Shown in pieces: positions 27,765 through 39,400 of a DNA stretch of 64,000 nucleotides (position 1 is the first letter of the stretch; each line of letters begins with the position of its first letter). The stretch is from Octopus sinensis (lineage: Eukaryota). The notes below the pieces were generated by a model. It had not been told where the DNA came from, did not search any database, and saw only the letters and a list, made by a program, of their open reading frames with translations. A program made the position numbers and the translations under genes. The DNA lies in contig NC_043006.1 of NCBI RefSeq assembly GCF_006345805.1, forward strand, positions 56,172,001-56,236,000. Direction: 5' to 3'.

Positions 27765-28899
27765 CACAATGAGCCCGAGCTTAAAATATAAACTAGACCT
27801 GAACTGAAATATGAAAATATTGAATCTTCTTGAACAACCGCATCTATAATATAACACTAACGACGATATTAGCGTTCTAAGCAGCATTAAGTATATTGTA
27901 TCGCTTTACACCTCATCATTATATTCTTCTGCCAAGCTAGCAAACAAGATTTTGCTGGATCACTAGACTCTCTAGAAATAGTATCAAAACCGCCTCCATA
28001 TCAAAACTTATTGTCTGAAATAGGATTAAATATATTACATAAAGTAATCCCTGAATAGGATATGCTAGAAAAGAAGACGAGATTTTCATGAGTAATGTAC
28101 CGGTCGAAGATGGAAATTAGAAATACTTGCTCCATTAAATTTCTTAGCAAATATAATCATAGTACAATAACATCATCAACTAGAAAACAAATCAACAACA
28201 TTAACGGTAACAAGATGCAAATTTGCTTTTATACTCACATCGATTGTAACGAGAAGTTCCGCAGATAGAAGTCGAAGTGTATTGCATAAACCTAGGATCA
28301 AGTCCGTCGCCCGTCTTTAACTGGAAGTAATCGTTACCGCCTCGTTTCATGCACTGAAATAAAGAATTTAATCTTTAACATGTGGCATTGCATAAACATT
28401 TGAAATTAAATTAGATTGCAGATGTCTTTACCTGCAAAATGTAATAAAGTAAAAGAAATGCAAATGTAAAGAGAAAAAGAAATCTATAAAAAAAATGAAG
28501 AATAAGAGGGAGTGGAGACGCTAAAGAGGCATGTTCTTTTGGTGTTTTAAATAACCATTATCTTTATCCTACCACTTTATGGATAGCATGTTTATGGTTA
28601 GCTTTGCAGAGACATTAAGAAATAAAAATGAACGGTCCTTCTTTAAATTAAAATGGCTGAAATGAAAATGTAAAGAAGTATTTCTTTACAAATTGTTTTT
28701 ACGTACACGTACGCACGCACCACACTCACACACACACACACACACACGCATCACACGCATACGCGCATGCACACATACACACACACACACACGGTCTACA
28801 TATAGTTAGGTAGATCTTTCTTGTTCTGTACTCCTGTTGCAAATCATTGGGCTACATTCTAGGGCGCAAATTCGATCTTATCGATCCCAGTCCTTATTT

Positions 28900-29573
28900 T
28901 AGTCAGATATCCAAATATCCAACGTTCTCTGTTTATTGAACAACTAGGTCACGTCTGGCATAACATGACGCGAATCAGCATCAAATTGCTCCCATGAATG
29001 TAACAAAAAAAAACGCATGTGAGCACAGAATACACAGAATACGGCTGCGAATATACAGTAGATACCTTGAAAATGCACAAGCTCATCAAATGCAAAAAAG
29101 CAACACAAATCGCTAAAGAGACTGCTAACAAATGCGAAGTTTTGCAAAACAACAACGAAGCCAACGGTTAAAAAGTGTGGACGCCCAAACTGTGGAACCT
29201 GCCCAACTTACTTGAAGGCTCGGATTTCCTTTTCAAGCAAGGACAGAGGTTCACAATTGAAACTAGTTTCACTTGTGCCTCTGAGAAACCTAAATTATGT
29301 AATAACCTGCTCGGGTTGCGGACACAACTATATTGGACAGGCGAGTATGACCTTGAGACAGAGAACCGCTCTACATAAAGAGCAAATCCATTTCCGCAAT
29401 ATAGGCAAATTCCTCTCAGTGAACATATTGAAATATGTGCAGTTAGCATCAAACTAAATTTCACAGTCTTCCCCTTCTACCAGTGCAAAGGCACAATTTC
29501 CACATAAGAACTTTTAAATAAGGAAACTTTTTTCATTGAAAAATACAGAACACGTCTTAATATGGACGCATAA
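28900..29573 (+). mobile_element. Penelope-like element fragment (Neptune/Naiad-type: Cys-rich linker plus GIY-YIG)
   Basis: KLIKCKKQHKSLKRLLTNAKF..KKCGRPNCGTCP..EGSDFLFKQGQRF, NYVITCSGCGHNYIGQASMTLRQRTALH and FTVFPFYQC..KETFFIEKYRTRLN. Frameshifted. Confidence 0.75.
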
Positions 29574-30722
29574 TTCTACGAGGTATGGATTCGTACAAAG
29601 TTTGTTCCCAAAGGAACTTGTGTCCATTCTTCAGCTAAAACAGTCTCACGTTCTTGTAGTGATTATGGTGGAAGATATCGATTCCTTACTTGTTTTTCTA
29701 AAATGCACCATAAATGTTCAATAATATTGAGATCTAGGGTCTGTGGTGGCCAGACAAGATATTCAACTTCACTAGAATGCTCCTCGTGCCATTCAATAAC
29801 AACTTTAGCTGCGTGAATTGGTGCATTACCACCCTGAAAGATTGCATTTCCCTCTGGAAACAGCTCCTCAGACTCAGGATGAATTTGATCAGATAAAATG
29901 CTTAAATAGTCTTGACTATTAATTCTGACATGAAGGGAAACCACTGGGGTGGTGGATTTCCAAGATATCGCTCCCCAGATCATCACCGATCCTTCTCCGC
30001 GTTTAACAGTTGGAACAAGACAATCTGGGTCAAATGCTTGTTTTGGTTGTCTGTACACGTATACTCGGCCGGTGGTCGGAAATAAGATAAAGGATAAATC
30101 GTCTGAGAAAATAACATTCTTCCACTGCTCTAGGGACCAATTCTGTAGGCTTTTTTTTTTACTCCGCTCTAAACGCTTTGCAACGTTTGGTTTTGAAAGT
30201 ATGGGTTTTCTGATCGCAGTCCTCCCGTGAAATCTGGCTTTGTGGAGCTCCAGGCGAACAGTTTTTGCGGAAACTAGGTTCTTGAGGTGGTCATTAAGCT
30301 CTGCAGTAATTTTGAGAGCAGCACTTTTGCGATTCTTTCTAATTCGCGAAAGAGTCTGGCGGCCCCTATCTGAAAGTTTTGGGTTTCTTCCGGAGTTTTG
30401 TTTGAATGGGAAGGTTTTTCCCTTTCTCAAAGGCTGTCATTTCTTTCGAGACAGTGCTTCGTCTGTTTTCGTTATGCTATCGCCTGCCACACGAGCACCA
30501 ACAATTTGACTTCTTTGAAAGTCCGGTAGATCTATCATTTTAATGAATTTTAATTACCTTTTTCTGATATTGAAAAGAAATAGCAAGTTTAGCAAAACAT
30601 ATTAAGCAACAGTAATAATAAATAAAAAATCATAAACATAAACAGGTTTTGAATGTTTTATAAGTATTTCAAAATTAAGATGCTATGACGCTAGGAGCTT
30701 CCATTATTTTGTCCAACCCGTG
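29572..30722 (-). mobile_element. Tc1/mariner transposon with DD36E spacing; 3' end missing
   Basis: One TIR (TA|CACGGGTTGGACAAAATAATGGAA) at 30722. Transposase start MIDLPDFQRSQIVGAR at 30538. The ORF at 29663-30430 carries the Tc1 motifs FSDD, VKRGEGSVMIWG and WPPQTLDLNIIEHLW, and ends at ..YESIPRRI against the PLE. Confidence 0.85.
29663..30430 (-). pseudogene. Tc1-family transposase, inactivated
   Basis: 255-aa open stretch. The second catalytic Asp reads QGGNAPIH instead of QDDNAPIH, and the N-terminus is frameshifted. Confidence 0.8.
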
Positions 30723-31185
30723 TACATACATTTACGTATCTATATAGCTATACATTTATATATTTGTATTCAAGCATGTATTTTATTTAAGTGTGTATAT
30801 GTACCTATAAGGATGTTGATGTGATTTATGTTTTTGTTTTTTTGTCTCCAGATTTTATTACCTAAGAGAAAAATACTGGCCAGCTTTTCAACCTCGTCAA
30901 TCACCAACGCCGGACTGTGTGTGCAAATATGTGTATGTATGTATGTATGTATGTATGTATGTATGTATGTATGTATGTATTTATGTATGTATGTATGTAT
31001 ATAGTATGTATGTATGTATGCATATGTGTGTGTTAACGTTTGTATATATATATGTATAAGTATACACCCACAACTTTCGTCACCATTGCATCTCTTTTTT
31101 GTCATTGCTGTTGAAGTTGTTCTTGTAACTGTTGTCATAGTTCACGTTCTTATTTTCATTTCTTATTTATCTCCTTAGGGAATTC

Positions 31186-31231
<46 letters not shown>

Positions 31232-31336
31232 GCGAGAAAGAAGCAACAAGAATTAACTTGAATCTTTATTGCTTTTTGTATATATATATATATAATATAT
31301 ATAAACATATATATATATATTATATATATATATATA

Positions 31337-31387
<51 letters not shown>

Positions 31388-31389
31388 AT

Positions 31390-32663
31390 ATCTTTTTTTC
31401 TCACTTATCCTATCTCCAATATTTCCCTCTCCCCTTCACAGTTCTCTGTCACTTTCTCACCCTCACTTTTTCTTTCTTGCTCACGTGGCTCTCACATGAC
31501 CATCGGCCATCTTTCTTCTCCTAACTTGTGTTTCTTTCTCTCCGTTGTAGCTGGAACAAGAAAGAGGTTTTCCTGTCTTCTCTTGTCGAAGCTTGATTTA
31601 TGCGTTCGCCACCACGACCTCGATTAGGCTTAGCAGCCCTTCCTGTTCCTTTTCACTGTCCTGTTTGACCTTCCGCAAAATTCCAAATTTTGTTTAATTT
31701 GCTTTGCGGGAGAACTGTTTTATCGAAAACGTATATTGTTGTAGAATGCTCGAAATGCGGGACTAGAAAAACAGACAACAACTGATGAATGGTCGTCCTT
31801 TGTGTTGTTTGTCTTGTTTTCCATTTGTGTCTTTCGTTGTTCGAAAAAATAGTTCATATTCCATGTACTCATATTGCGCATGTTTTGCTGTACACATTTG
31901 GTGACGTCCTGTGCCCACATATGCATATATAAATATAGATGTATGTATGTACATATACGCATATATATATGCATATATATATACATTATTTATATTATTA
32001 TATGATTGAACGCCATGCATCCTCTTCAAATTAAGTGTTATCTTAATAATTCTTATGCACACTCTCTTTTTACTCTTTCGTTTTTCTCTTATTATTCTAC
32101 CTCCCCTTCTCCGCATCATGTTCTTTTTCTTTTTCTCACTTATCCTATCTCTAATTTTCCTTCTTCCCTCCACAGTTCTCTGTTCGTAACTCTCTCTCCC
32201 TCACACTTCTTCCCTTGTGAACTTGTGGCTTGTGGCTTGTGAACTTGTGTTTCTTGTGGCTTGTGAACTTGTGTTTCTTTCTTTCCAATATAGCTCGATC
32301 AAGGAAGACGTGTTCTTGTCTGTCTCCTGTCCAAGCTTGATTTACACGTTCGCCACCACAACCACGTTTAGGCTTAGCAGCCCTTCCTATTTGTTTTCAC
32401 CAATTTTGACTCTCCGCAAAATCCCAAATTTTATATAATTTGCTTTGCGGGCGCAATGTTTTATCGAAAGCGTATATTGTTGTCAAATGCTCGAAATACG
32501 TGAGAAGAAAAACAGCCAACAACTGATGAAGGCTTGTTTTTGTGTTGGCTGTCTTATTTTCCATTTGTGTCTTTCGTTGTTCAAAACGATAGTTCATATT
32601 CCATGTACTGGTACTTCGTAATTTTTTACTGTACACGTTTCGTGACGTCCTGTGTCCACATAT
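31390..32663 (+). mobile_element. Two diverged direct copies of a PLE pLTR (~540 bp each) separated by an EN C-terminal stub
   Basis: 31390-31925 and 32130-32663 align end to end. The spacer includes LNAMHPLQI, like the L.T..P.GLN end of PLE GIY-YIG. CTGATGAA and decayed GCTCGAAA motifs occur in both copies. Confidence 0.6.
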
Positions 32664-32719
32664 GCACACACACACACACACAGACACACACACAGACACA
32701 CACACAGACACACACACAC

Positions 32720-32758
<39 letters not shown>

Positions 32759-32856
32759 TATATATATATATGTTTAAGAGACAGAATCACACTCAAGCTA
32801 CTCAATCATCATTGAATGACATTATCCGCAATATGAACATATAGGTCTACATATTA

Positions 32857-33000
32857 AAATTATCAAAATTAATACCTACAATTCTTATTCCAAATTATCA
32901 AAATTAATACCTACAATTCTTATTCCAAATTATCAAAATTAATACCTACAATTCTTATTCCAAATTATCAAAATTAATACCGTCAATTCTTATTACAAAT
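32857..33000. repeat. 35-bp minisatellite, 4 copies
   Basis: Unit AAATTATCAAAATTAATACCTACAATTCTTATTCC starting at 32857, 32892, 32927 and 32962. Confidence 0.9.
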
Positions 33001-33368
33001 CATATACTTTACATTATCTAGACTACTTGCATTTCATGACAACATATTCCGCTGTATTGCTGAAATAGAATTTATTTATACAATACCATATTAAAACGAT
33101 TACCTTGCCAATCATCAGGTCTATCTTATATAAACTTATTTTGCTATTTACATCGTATATTAAGAGATGACAAACTAAAATTATATAACTAGAAGTTGTT
33201 GGAATAATTTTACTTTAGTAAATAATGAACAGAAATGTTCATTATTTACTAAAGTAAAATTATTCCTTTCATCCTTTCTTTCTTTCTTTCTTTCTTTCCT
33301 TCTTTCTTTCTTTCCTTCTTTCTTTCTTTCCTTCTTTCTTTCTTTCCTTCTTTCTACATTTCTTCCTT

Positions 33369-33411
<43 letters not shown>

Positions 33412-33889
33412 TTTTTCGCTTATCTCATGGTAAACTCTTCATCCCTCTGTACATTTTTACCACACCCTCCTCCACTCTCTAAAAATGTACATATCTCACG
33501 CTGTGTTTTGTCTGCCAGTGTGTGTGTGTGTGTGTGTGCATACATATGTTTAAGGAATTTCAATAGGGTGACACAATGATTTAAAAAGACGTGTAAATGC
33601 TAATATATATTAATAGCATACTTTTCTGTTAGTAACTATTCAGAATTCACATGTTTGTGTATCATATTTTGCTGAATCATACTGACACCTATGTCAGGAC
33701 CGACAAATCTATCTATCTAGGACAGACAAATGCCCGTGGGAAAGTCAATACTCAGTCAGTCGATATGCTAGTTTTGGCATTAAAATCTCCCACATCTGAC
33801 AACTTTCCGTCTCTTTTTATACAGTCTAGTAATATCTATATGCATAAAACTGAGAATGTGTGCGTGTGCTTGTGTGTGTATGTGTGTGC

Positions 33890-33939
<50 letters not shown>

Positions 33940-34205
33940 AAGCGTCGGGCTTACAATTGTGAGAGTGTATGTTTGATTCCGGATCGATCTGTGTGTTTTG
34001 TTCCAGAGCAGGACACTTTATTCACGTTGCCCCGATTCACTCAGCTGTAGAAGTGAGTTGCGACGTGACTGGTGGCAAGCTCTATTGGCCTTAGCCTTTT
34101 CTTTGGATAACATCGGTTGCGTGGTATGCATGTGCGACTAATGGTCTTCCACAAACAACCTAACACAGACAATCTCGTGGGTGGCGAACTTTCTTGGTAA
34201 AATCC
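33940..34205 (+). mobile_element. Degenerate tRNA/CORE-type SINE
   Basis: Decayed head (GTTTGATTCCGG) and CORE-like AGCAGGACACTTTATTCACGTTGC..CACTCAGCTGTAGAAGTGAGT. Confidence 0.45.
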
Positions 34206-34206
34206 C

Positions 34207-34755
34207 ATGCTCATTCGTGACCGAATGAGCATTATTAATATTCTAGAGGGTTGGATGGTATTAGCTAAATTAATGTTAGTATTAGTAAATGTATTAATAT
34301 TTAACAGGTTGTTATTATTATACAAGGTTATTGTATCTGAAGTCAATTCCAATAGAATTAAGTTTATGTCAAGTAACTCTAAGGTTCAAAATTCTATATA
34401 CCAGTGTATAATCAGTACTCGTAATAAAGTACGATTTTACATTGGAAGCACATCGTTAGAGTTATCTAAAAGAATTTCTATCCATTACTCAACATTTAGG
34501 GATAGAAATAAACGGAATAGTACCGGACTCAGCAAACTGATTTGGAATTTAAAAGACCACAATGAACAATTTCATTTAGAATGGTTGATCCTCTCAATTT
34601 CAATACCATATGACAAAGGCAAGAAATTCTGTTTTCTCTGCAATTCTGAGCTATTTTTCATTATTTTTTCTAAAGATACACTAGTAAACACGGTTATAGA
34701 GCGAGCATACAGATGTAAGTATTGGCAAAAACATACATTTAGTGCATATAAGTAG
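34207..34755 (+). CDS. Uninterrupted PLE-type GIY-YIG endonuclease ORF with no adjacent RT
   Basis: IYQC..FYIGST..KRISIH..NSTGLSKLIWNLK..EW.IL..CFLCNSE..LVN..E..CKY..KH. The domain starts at the in-frame Met at 34366. Expression is unproven. Confidence 0.6.
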   Translation: MLIRDRMSIINILEGWMVLAKLMLVLVNVLIFNRLLLLYKVIVSEVNSNRIKFMSSNSKVQNSIYQCIISTRNKVRFYIGSTSLELSKRISIHYSTFRDRNKRNSTGLSKLIWNLKDHNEQFHLEWLILSISIPYDKGKKFCFLCNSELFFIIFSKDTLVNTVIERAYRCKYWQKHTFSAYK

Positions 34756-35079
34756 TCTCTATCATTATATATAATTTAAACTTTAATTTCATTTATATTT
34801 AACATTCACTATTAATATCCCTACTCGTTCTGTTAGCTACTTATGACGTTATATCATATAACGTTTTTTTAAACAATATTAATAGCGTTCTGTCTATCGC
34901 TATACAAATCCATCATTTTTTGCTAAAATGTCGTATTGACGAGTTTCGTTTTTTTCACTTTCCCGAGAGAAATTGCATTGTTTATACCATTTATTCTTTT
35001 GAATAGTATCAGTGGAATTTTCGAAACATGTGTCGAAAGTAAAAATATTTGTTTACACCTACGTTAACTCCATTTTTTA

Positions 35080-35163
<84 letters not shown>

Positions 35164-35333
35164 ATATATGTATGTATTTATATATATGTTTATATGTATA
35201 TATATATATGTGATATATATATATATATTATATATATATATATGTAGATATATATACATGTACATATATGTGCATATGTATATATGTATATATATATATA
35301 TATTTGTATTTATATATGTATGTATATATATAT

Positions 35334-37374
35334 GTGGCTACACCAAGCACAAAGAAGGAACCTTGCCCACCACTATGCAAGACCACCACAGTCAACAGAC
35401 ACGGGATGACCTCCCCTAACGCCTGCACAGCCGTCACCCCAATACTGTTACTAAATATTGGGGGCCTGTTGCATCAAAATAAAAACAAAATTTCTTTCCT
35501 GAAAATCTTACTGCATGCAATCAAGCCCTATGCATAGCACTCGTGGAAACTCATCTCAGCCCTGATATAGATGACGCAGAAGTACACGTACCAAACTATG
35601 CTATACTGCGAACAAGGGAAAGGAGCCATTGTGGAGTTGCTGTATACATCCGGGATGACCTCACACCCCAGGTTTTACTGACACTCAAATTCGGTATGAC
35701 ACTTTAATTGTATACATAAAACAACATAATATAGTCATATGCAATACATATTGTCCACCAGATGCTCCAAACCACATAGGCATGTTTGAAGATTGCCTCA
35801 CAAAAATTAAAGAAATCCTCATGAATCTGGAACACCACGTGACCATATTTCTTATGGGTGATTTCAACTTTCCCAACGTCAAATGACCCGAAGGTCTCAT
35901 ACTCTCAGGAATGAATTATTGTAAGCAAGTACAGGTAGAGTCTCTGCTCAACCTCACCAATGCCTTATTCATGGAGCAAGCTGTACTCAAACCAGCTAGA
36001 GCAAATAACATTCTGGATCTCTGCTTCACGAACAATATGGACATCATTCATGATGGGATAGTGACACCGACATTAGTCTCGGATCACAACATAATAAAGC
36101 TGTCTATGTTTGGGCCGAAATTAACCAGAGACATACAGCCTAAAGGAAGCACCCGAAATCTCTCCAATCTGAACTTCTACAAAGCAGATTGGAAATCGAT
36201 CCAAAAAGAGATCCTCAGAAAGGACTCGCCGAAATGTCTCTCCACACCTGACATTGACATGAAGCCGTATGCCAGAAATATGTCCCAGAGCACAAGGCCA
36301 AAACAAATAGGAGCAAGATTCCAAGAGAGAGGAAGATCTTCATGAGACGACGGACGAAGGTTGCAAATCGACTCAACCAACATCCCAAAAGTAGCGAACC
36401 GTCCCGCCTAAAATCAACACAAGTGGAGATCGAAAAAAGGCTGCAACAATCCTATGTGAGGGAGAAAGCAGACAAAGAAGCCTGGGTTATAAAAACATTA
36501 AGTCAAACCTTAAGGCCTTCTTTCATTACGCGAAAGAAACAGCCTCAGTGCACTACAAGACAGGACCCCTTCTCCAAAAGGTTGGCTCCCTCACAGACAG
36601 TCCAACTAAGATCAGTGAGATACTGAATGACCAGTTCAAAAGAATGACCAGTTCAACTACCCCGTTGGAACACAGACAAGTGAACGAACCAGTGGACTTC
36701 TTTGCCGCCTCACCTATAACCAGCGAGGCAGTTACAATAGAATATATTGACATTAGCGAAGAAGATGTACAACTAGCCATAAATGAAGTGGACACAAACT
36801 CAACTGCTGGTCCTGATGGTTTCCTAGCAATCCTCCTCAAAGCGTGTAAGCATGCTCTGGCAAAACCCCTCAAGATTCTCTTCCAGAGTTTTCTTACAAA
36901 TGGCAAACTGCCAAACAAGCTGAAGGAGAGAATAATATACCCAATACATAAAGGGGGAATTAGAGCAGATGCCAAAAACTATAGGCCTATCTCCCTGACT
37001 TCACACATCAGCAAAGTCATGGAACGGATAGTCAGAGGTAAACTAATCGCATTCCTTGAAAAAAATAACTTGCTAAGTGGTACCCAACAACATGGCTTTC
37101 GACCAGGTAGGAGCTGCCTGACCCAGCTCTTACAACGTTATGACTGGGTGCTGAAACAGTTACTCAACAAATCAAATGTGGATGAAATATACCTTGATTT
37201 TTCAAAAGCTTTTGACAAGGTGGATCGTGGTATGATATGCCACAAACTGCGTGATCTCGGCATAGCTGGAAAACTTGGAGTGTGGTTACATGACTTCCTG
37301 AAAGATAGGATTCAGGCAGTAGTGGCTACTGGAGCCACCTCTATCAACACACAAATAGTGAGCGGTGTTCCACA
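35334..37374 (+). mobile_element. CR1/L2-group LINE, 5' part (APE endonuclease plus N-terminal RT)
   Basis: APE motifs LVETHL, MGDFNFP, NILDLCFTN and SDHNII. RT motifs GPDG, IHKGG..NYRPISLTSHISKVME, HGFRPGRSCLTQL and YLDFSKAFDKVD, ending at IVSGVP. Several frameshifts. Confidence 0.9.
37355..37374 (+). repeat. Left copy of the 20-bp direct repeat ATAGTGAGCGGTGTTCCACA
   Basis: Identical to 53771-53790. Confidence 0.9.
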
Positions 37375-37375
37375 T

Positions 37376-37472
<97 letters not shown>

Positions 37473-37476
37473 TATA
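37375..37476. repeat. (TA)n tract at the left edge of the block interrupting the LINE
   Basis: Visible run, followed by a SINE-B central fragment at ~37480-37580. Confidence 0.9.
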
Positions 37477-37711
37477 TGCGTATTTATGTGTGTATTTGTT
37501 TCTGTGCTTAAGATCCCCAACCCAATCGCTTAGAAACCAATGTTTGTGTGTTTATATCTCCGTAACATAGAGGTTCGGCAAAATACACACACACACACAT
37601 ATATATTATATATATGTATATGTATATATATGTATGTATGTATGTATGTGCTATATATATGTGTATATATATTCACATACATGTATATTCTTTATTTGTT
37701 TAATCAACGTA

Positions 37712-37784
<73 letters not shown>

Positions 37785-38402
37785 TATATATGCATATACA
37801 TACATATACATATATATGTATATATATACATATATATATGCATATACATACATATACATATATATGTAACAATCTTTTTGAAGAAAGACTTTCTTGTCTA
37901 ACATCTTTAGTACATATGATATTTATATTGCTGCTCACAATATCTCGTCTACTTGCAATAAGCCAACTAAAATATTTGGAGAAGGATCCAATTTTATTGA
38001 ACAGATAAAGAAGAAAATGAAAGTAGGTCGACCATTGTTGGATTTAAATAAAAGCGTATTTATATTATATACGTTTATATATATAACTAAGTTCATTTTT
38101 ACGTAGATAAGAAGCTTCGATCAATTGTATCCAAGTGATCGTATTACGACGGGGATCTCGGTTTACTTGCTAAGGTGCTATTCAACAAACACGAAAATAG
38201 ACGTATTTGTATAGCTTACGTCTCTCATTTCAAATGCTTTTCAAACTGATAAGTTTCTGGGACATACTGAATTCAGTGCAAGGGTACTTGATCTTATGTA
38301 ATAGGCAAGTGCAGTGTGAGAATAATTAATAGTAATCATGTGTGCTATTTTTTCCTAATGAATTGACCTGTCTATCACAAGTTTTCAATATCAAAATAAC
38401 CG

Positions 38403-38553
38403 ACCGTGTATTAAGCAGCTTGCTTCCCATCCACATGGCTCCGGGTTCAGTTTCAGGGCGTGGAAACTTGGTCAAATGTCTTTTACTACAGCCTCGGGCC
38501 AATCAAAGCCCTCTGAGTGGATTTCAGAAAAGGAAAATCAAGGAAGCCTGCCG

Positions 38554-38593
<40 letters not shown>

Positions 38594-38856
38594 GCCTCAC
38601 ACTAGGAGGGACAAAGTCATTACTACCAAAATTATTACTAATAGTATAATTAGTATAATTTTGGTAGTAATGACTTTGTCCTCCTAGTTGAGGCATTATG
38701 TGTAATAATGCCCTCTATACAATTAGATATAATAATTTGTTCAAAAGAAAAAAATTATTTCGAATTCTTTTCTTTTATGAGGTTTCGCTAGCTACCGATA
38801 ATTCTTGTTAAGATCCCTTATTAAGAGATTATCCTTAATGTTAAACTTATTATAAT

Positions 38857-38888
<32 letters not shown>

Positions 38889-39400
38889 ATATAATATTTA
38901 AAAAAAGGAGATGTCGAACACGAGTGGTGATATATAAAAACGGAATGAAGAAAATGCTGACAAATAATTGAAGTAATTAAGTAATTTAATTAGGTGAAAG
39001 TTCTTTTTACCGGTTGCGCATTTGTTATGCTTATCAAAATATATGTTTTGATAAGCATAACAAATGCGCAACCGTAAAAAGAACTTTCACCTATATAAAT
39101 TACTAAATACTTCAATTATTTGTCAGCATTTTCTTCATTTCCTTTTTTATATATATATATATACATATACATATGTGTGTGTGTGTGCCTTAGTGTATGT
39201 GTTTGTTTCGTACCACCACTTGACAACCAGTGTTGATGTATTTACGGCTATGTAACATAACGGTTTGACAAAAGGGGTGATATAATAAGTACCAGGTTTA
39301 AACAAAATAAGTCTTGTGGGGCGATTTGTTCCACTAAAACCCTTCAAGGTGGTTCCCCAGGATGGCCTCAGTCAAATGACTGAAACCAGTAAAAGATAAA
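38403..39400 (+). mobile_element. Old SINE family B copy split at its internal (TA)n by two fold-back inserts
   Basis: 5' half at 38403-38558 and 3' half at 39175-39400. Palindromes at 38591-38697 and 38931-39155 lie between them. Confidence 0.65.

Noticed and set aside
28900-29573. Selenocysteine recoding as in some Naiad PLEs
   Set aside because: The Cys positions I could align here and at 61760-62265 use TGT/TGC (or TAC), not TGA, and I found no convincing SECIS.
32857-33000. CRISPR-like array
   Set aside because: The 35-bp units are directly adjacent with no spacers, in a eukaryotic context; this is a minisatellite.
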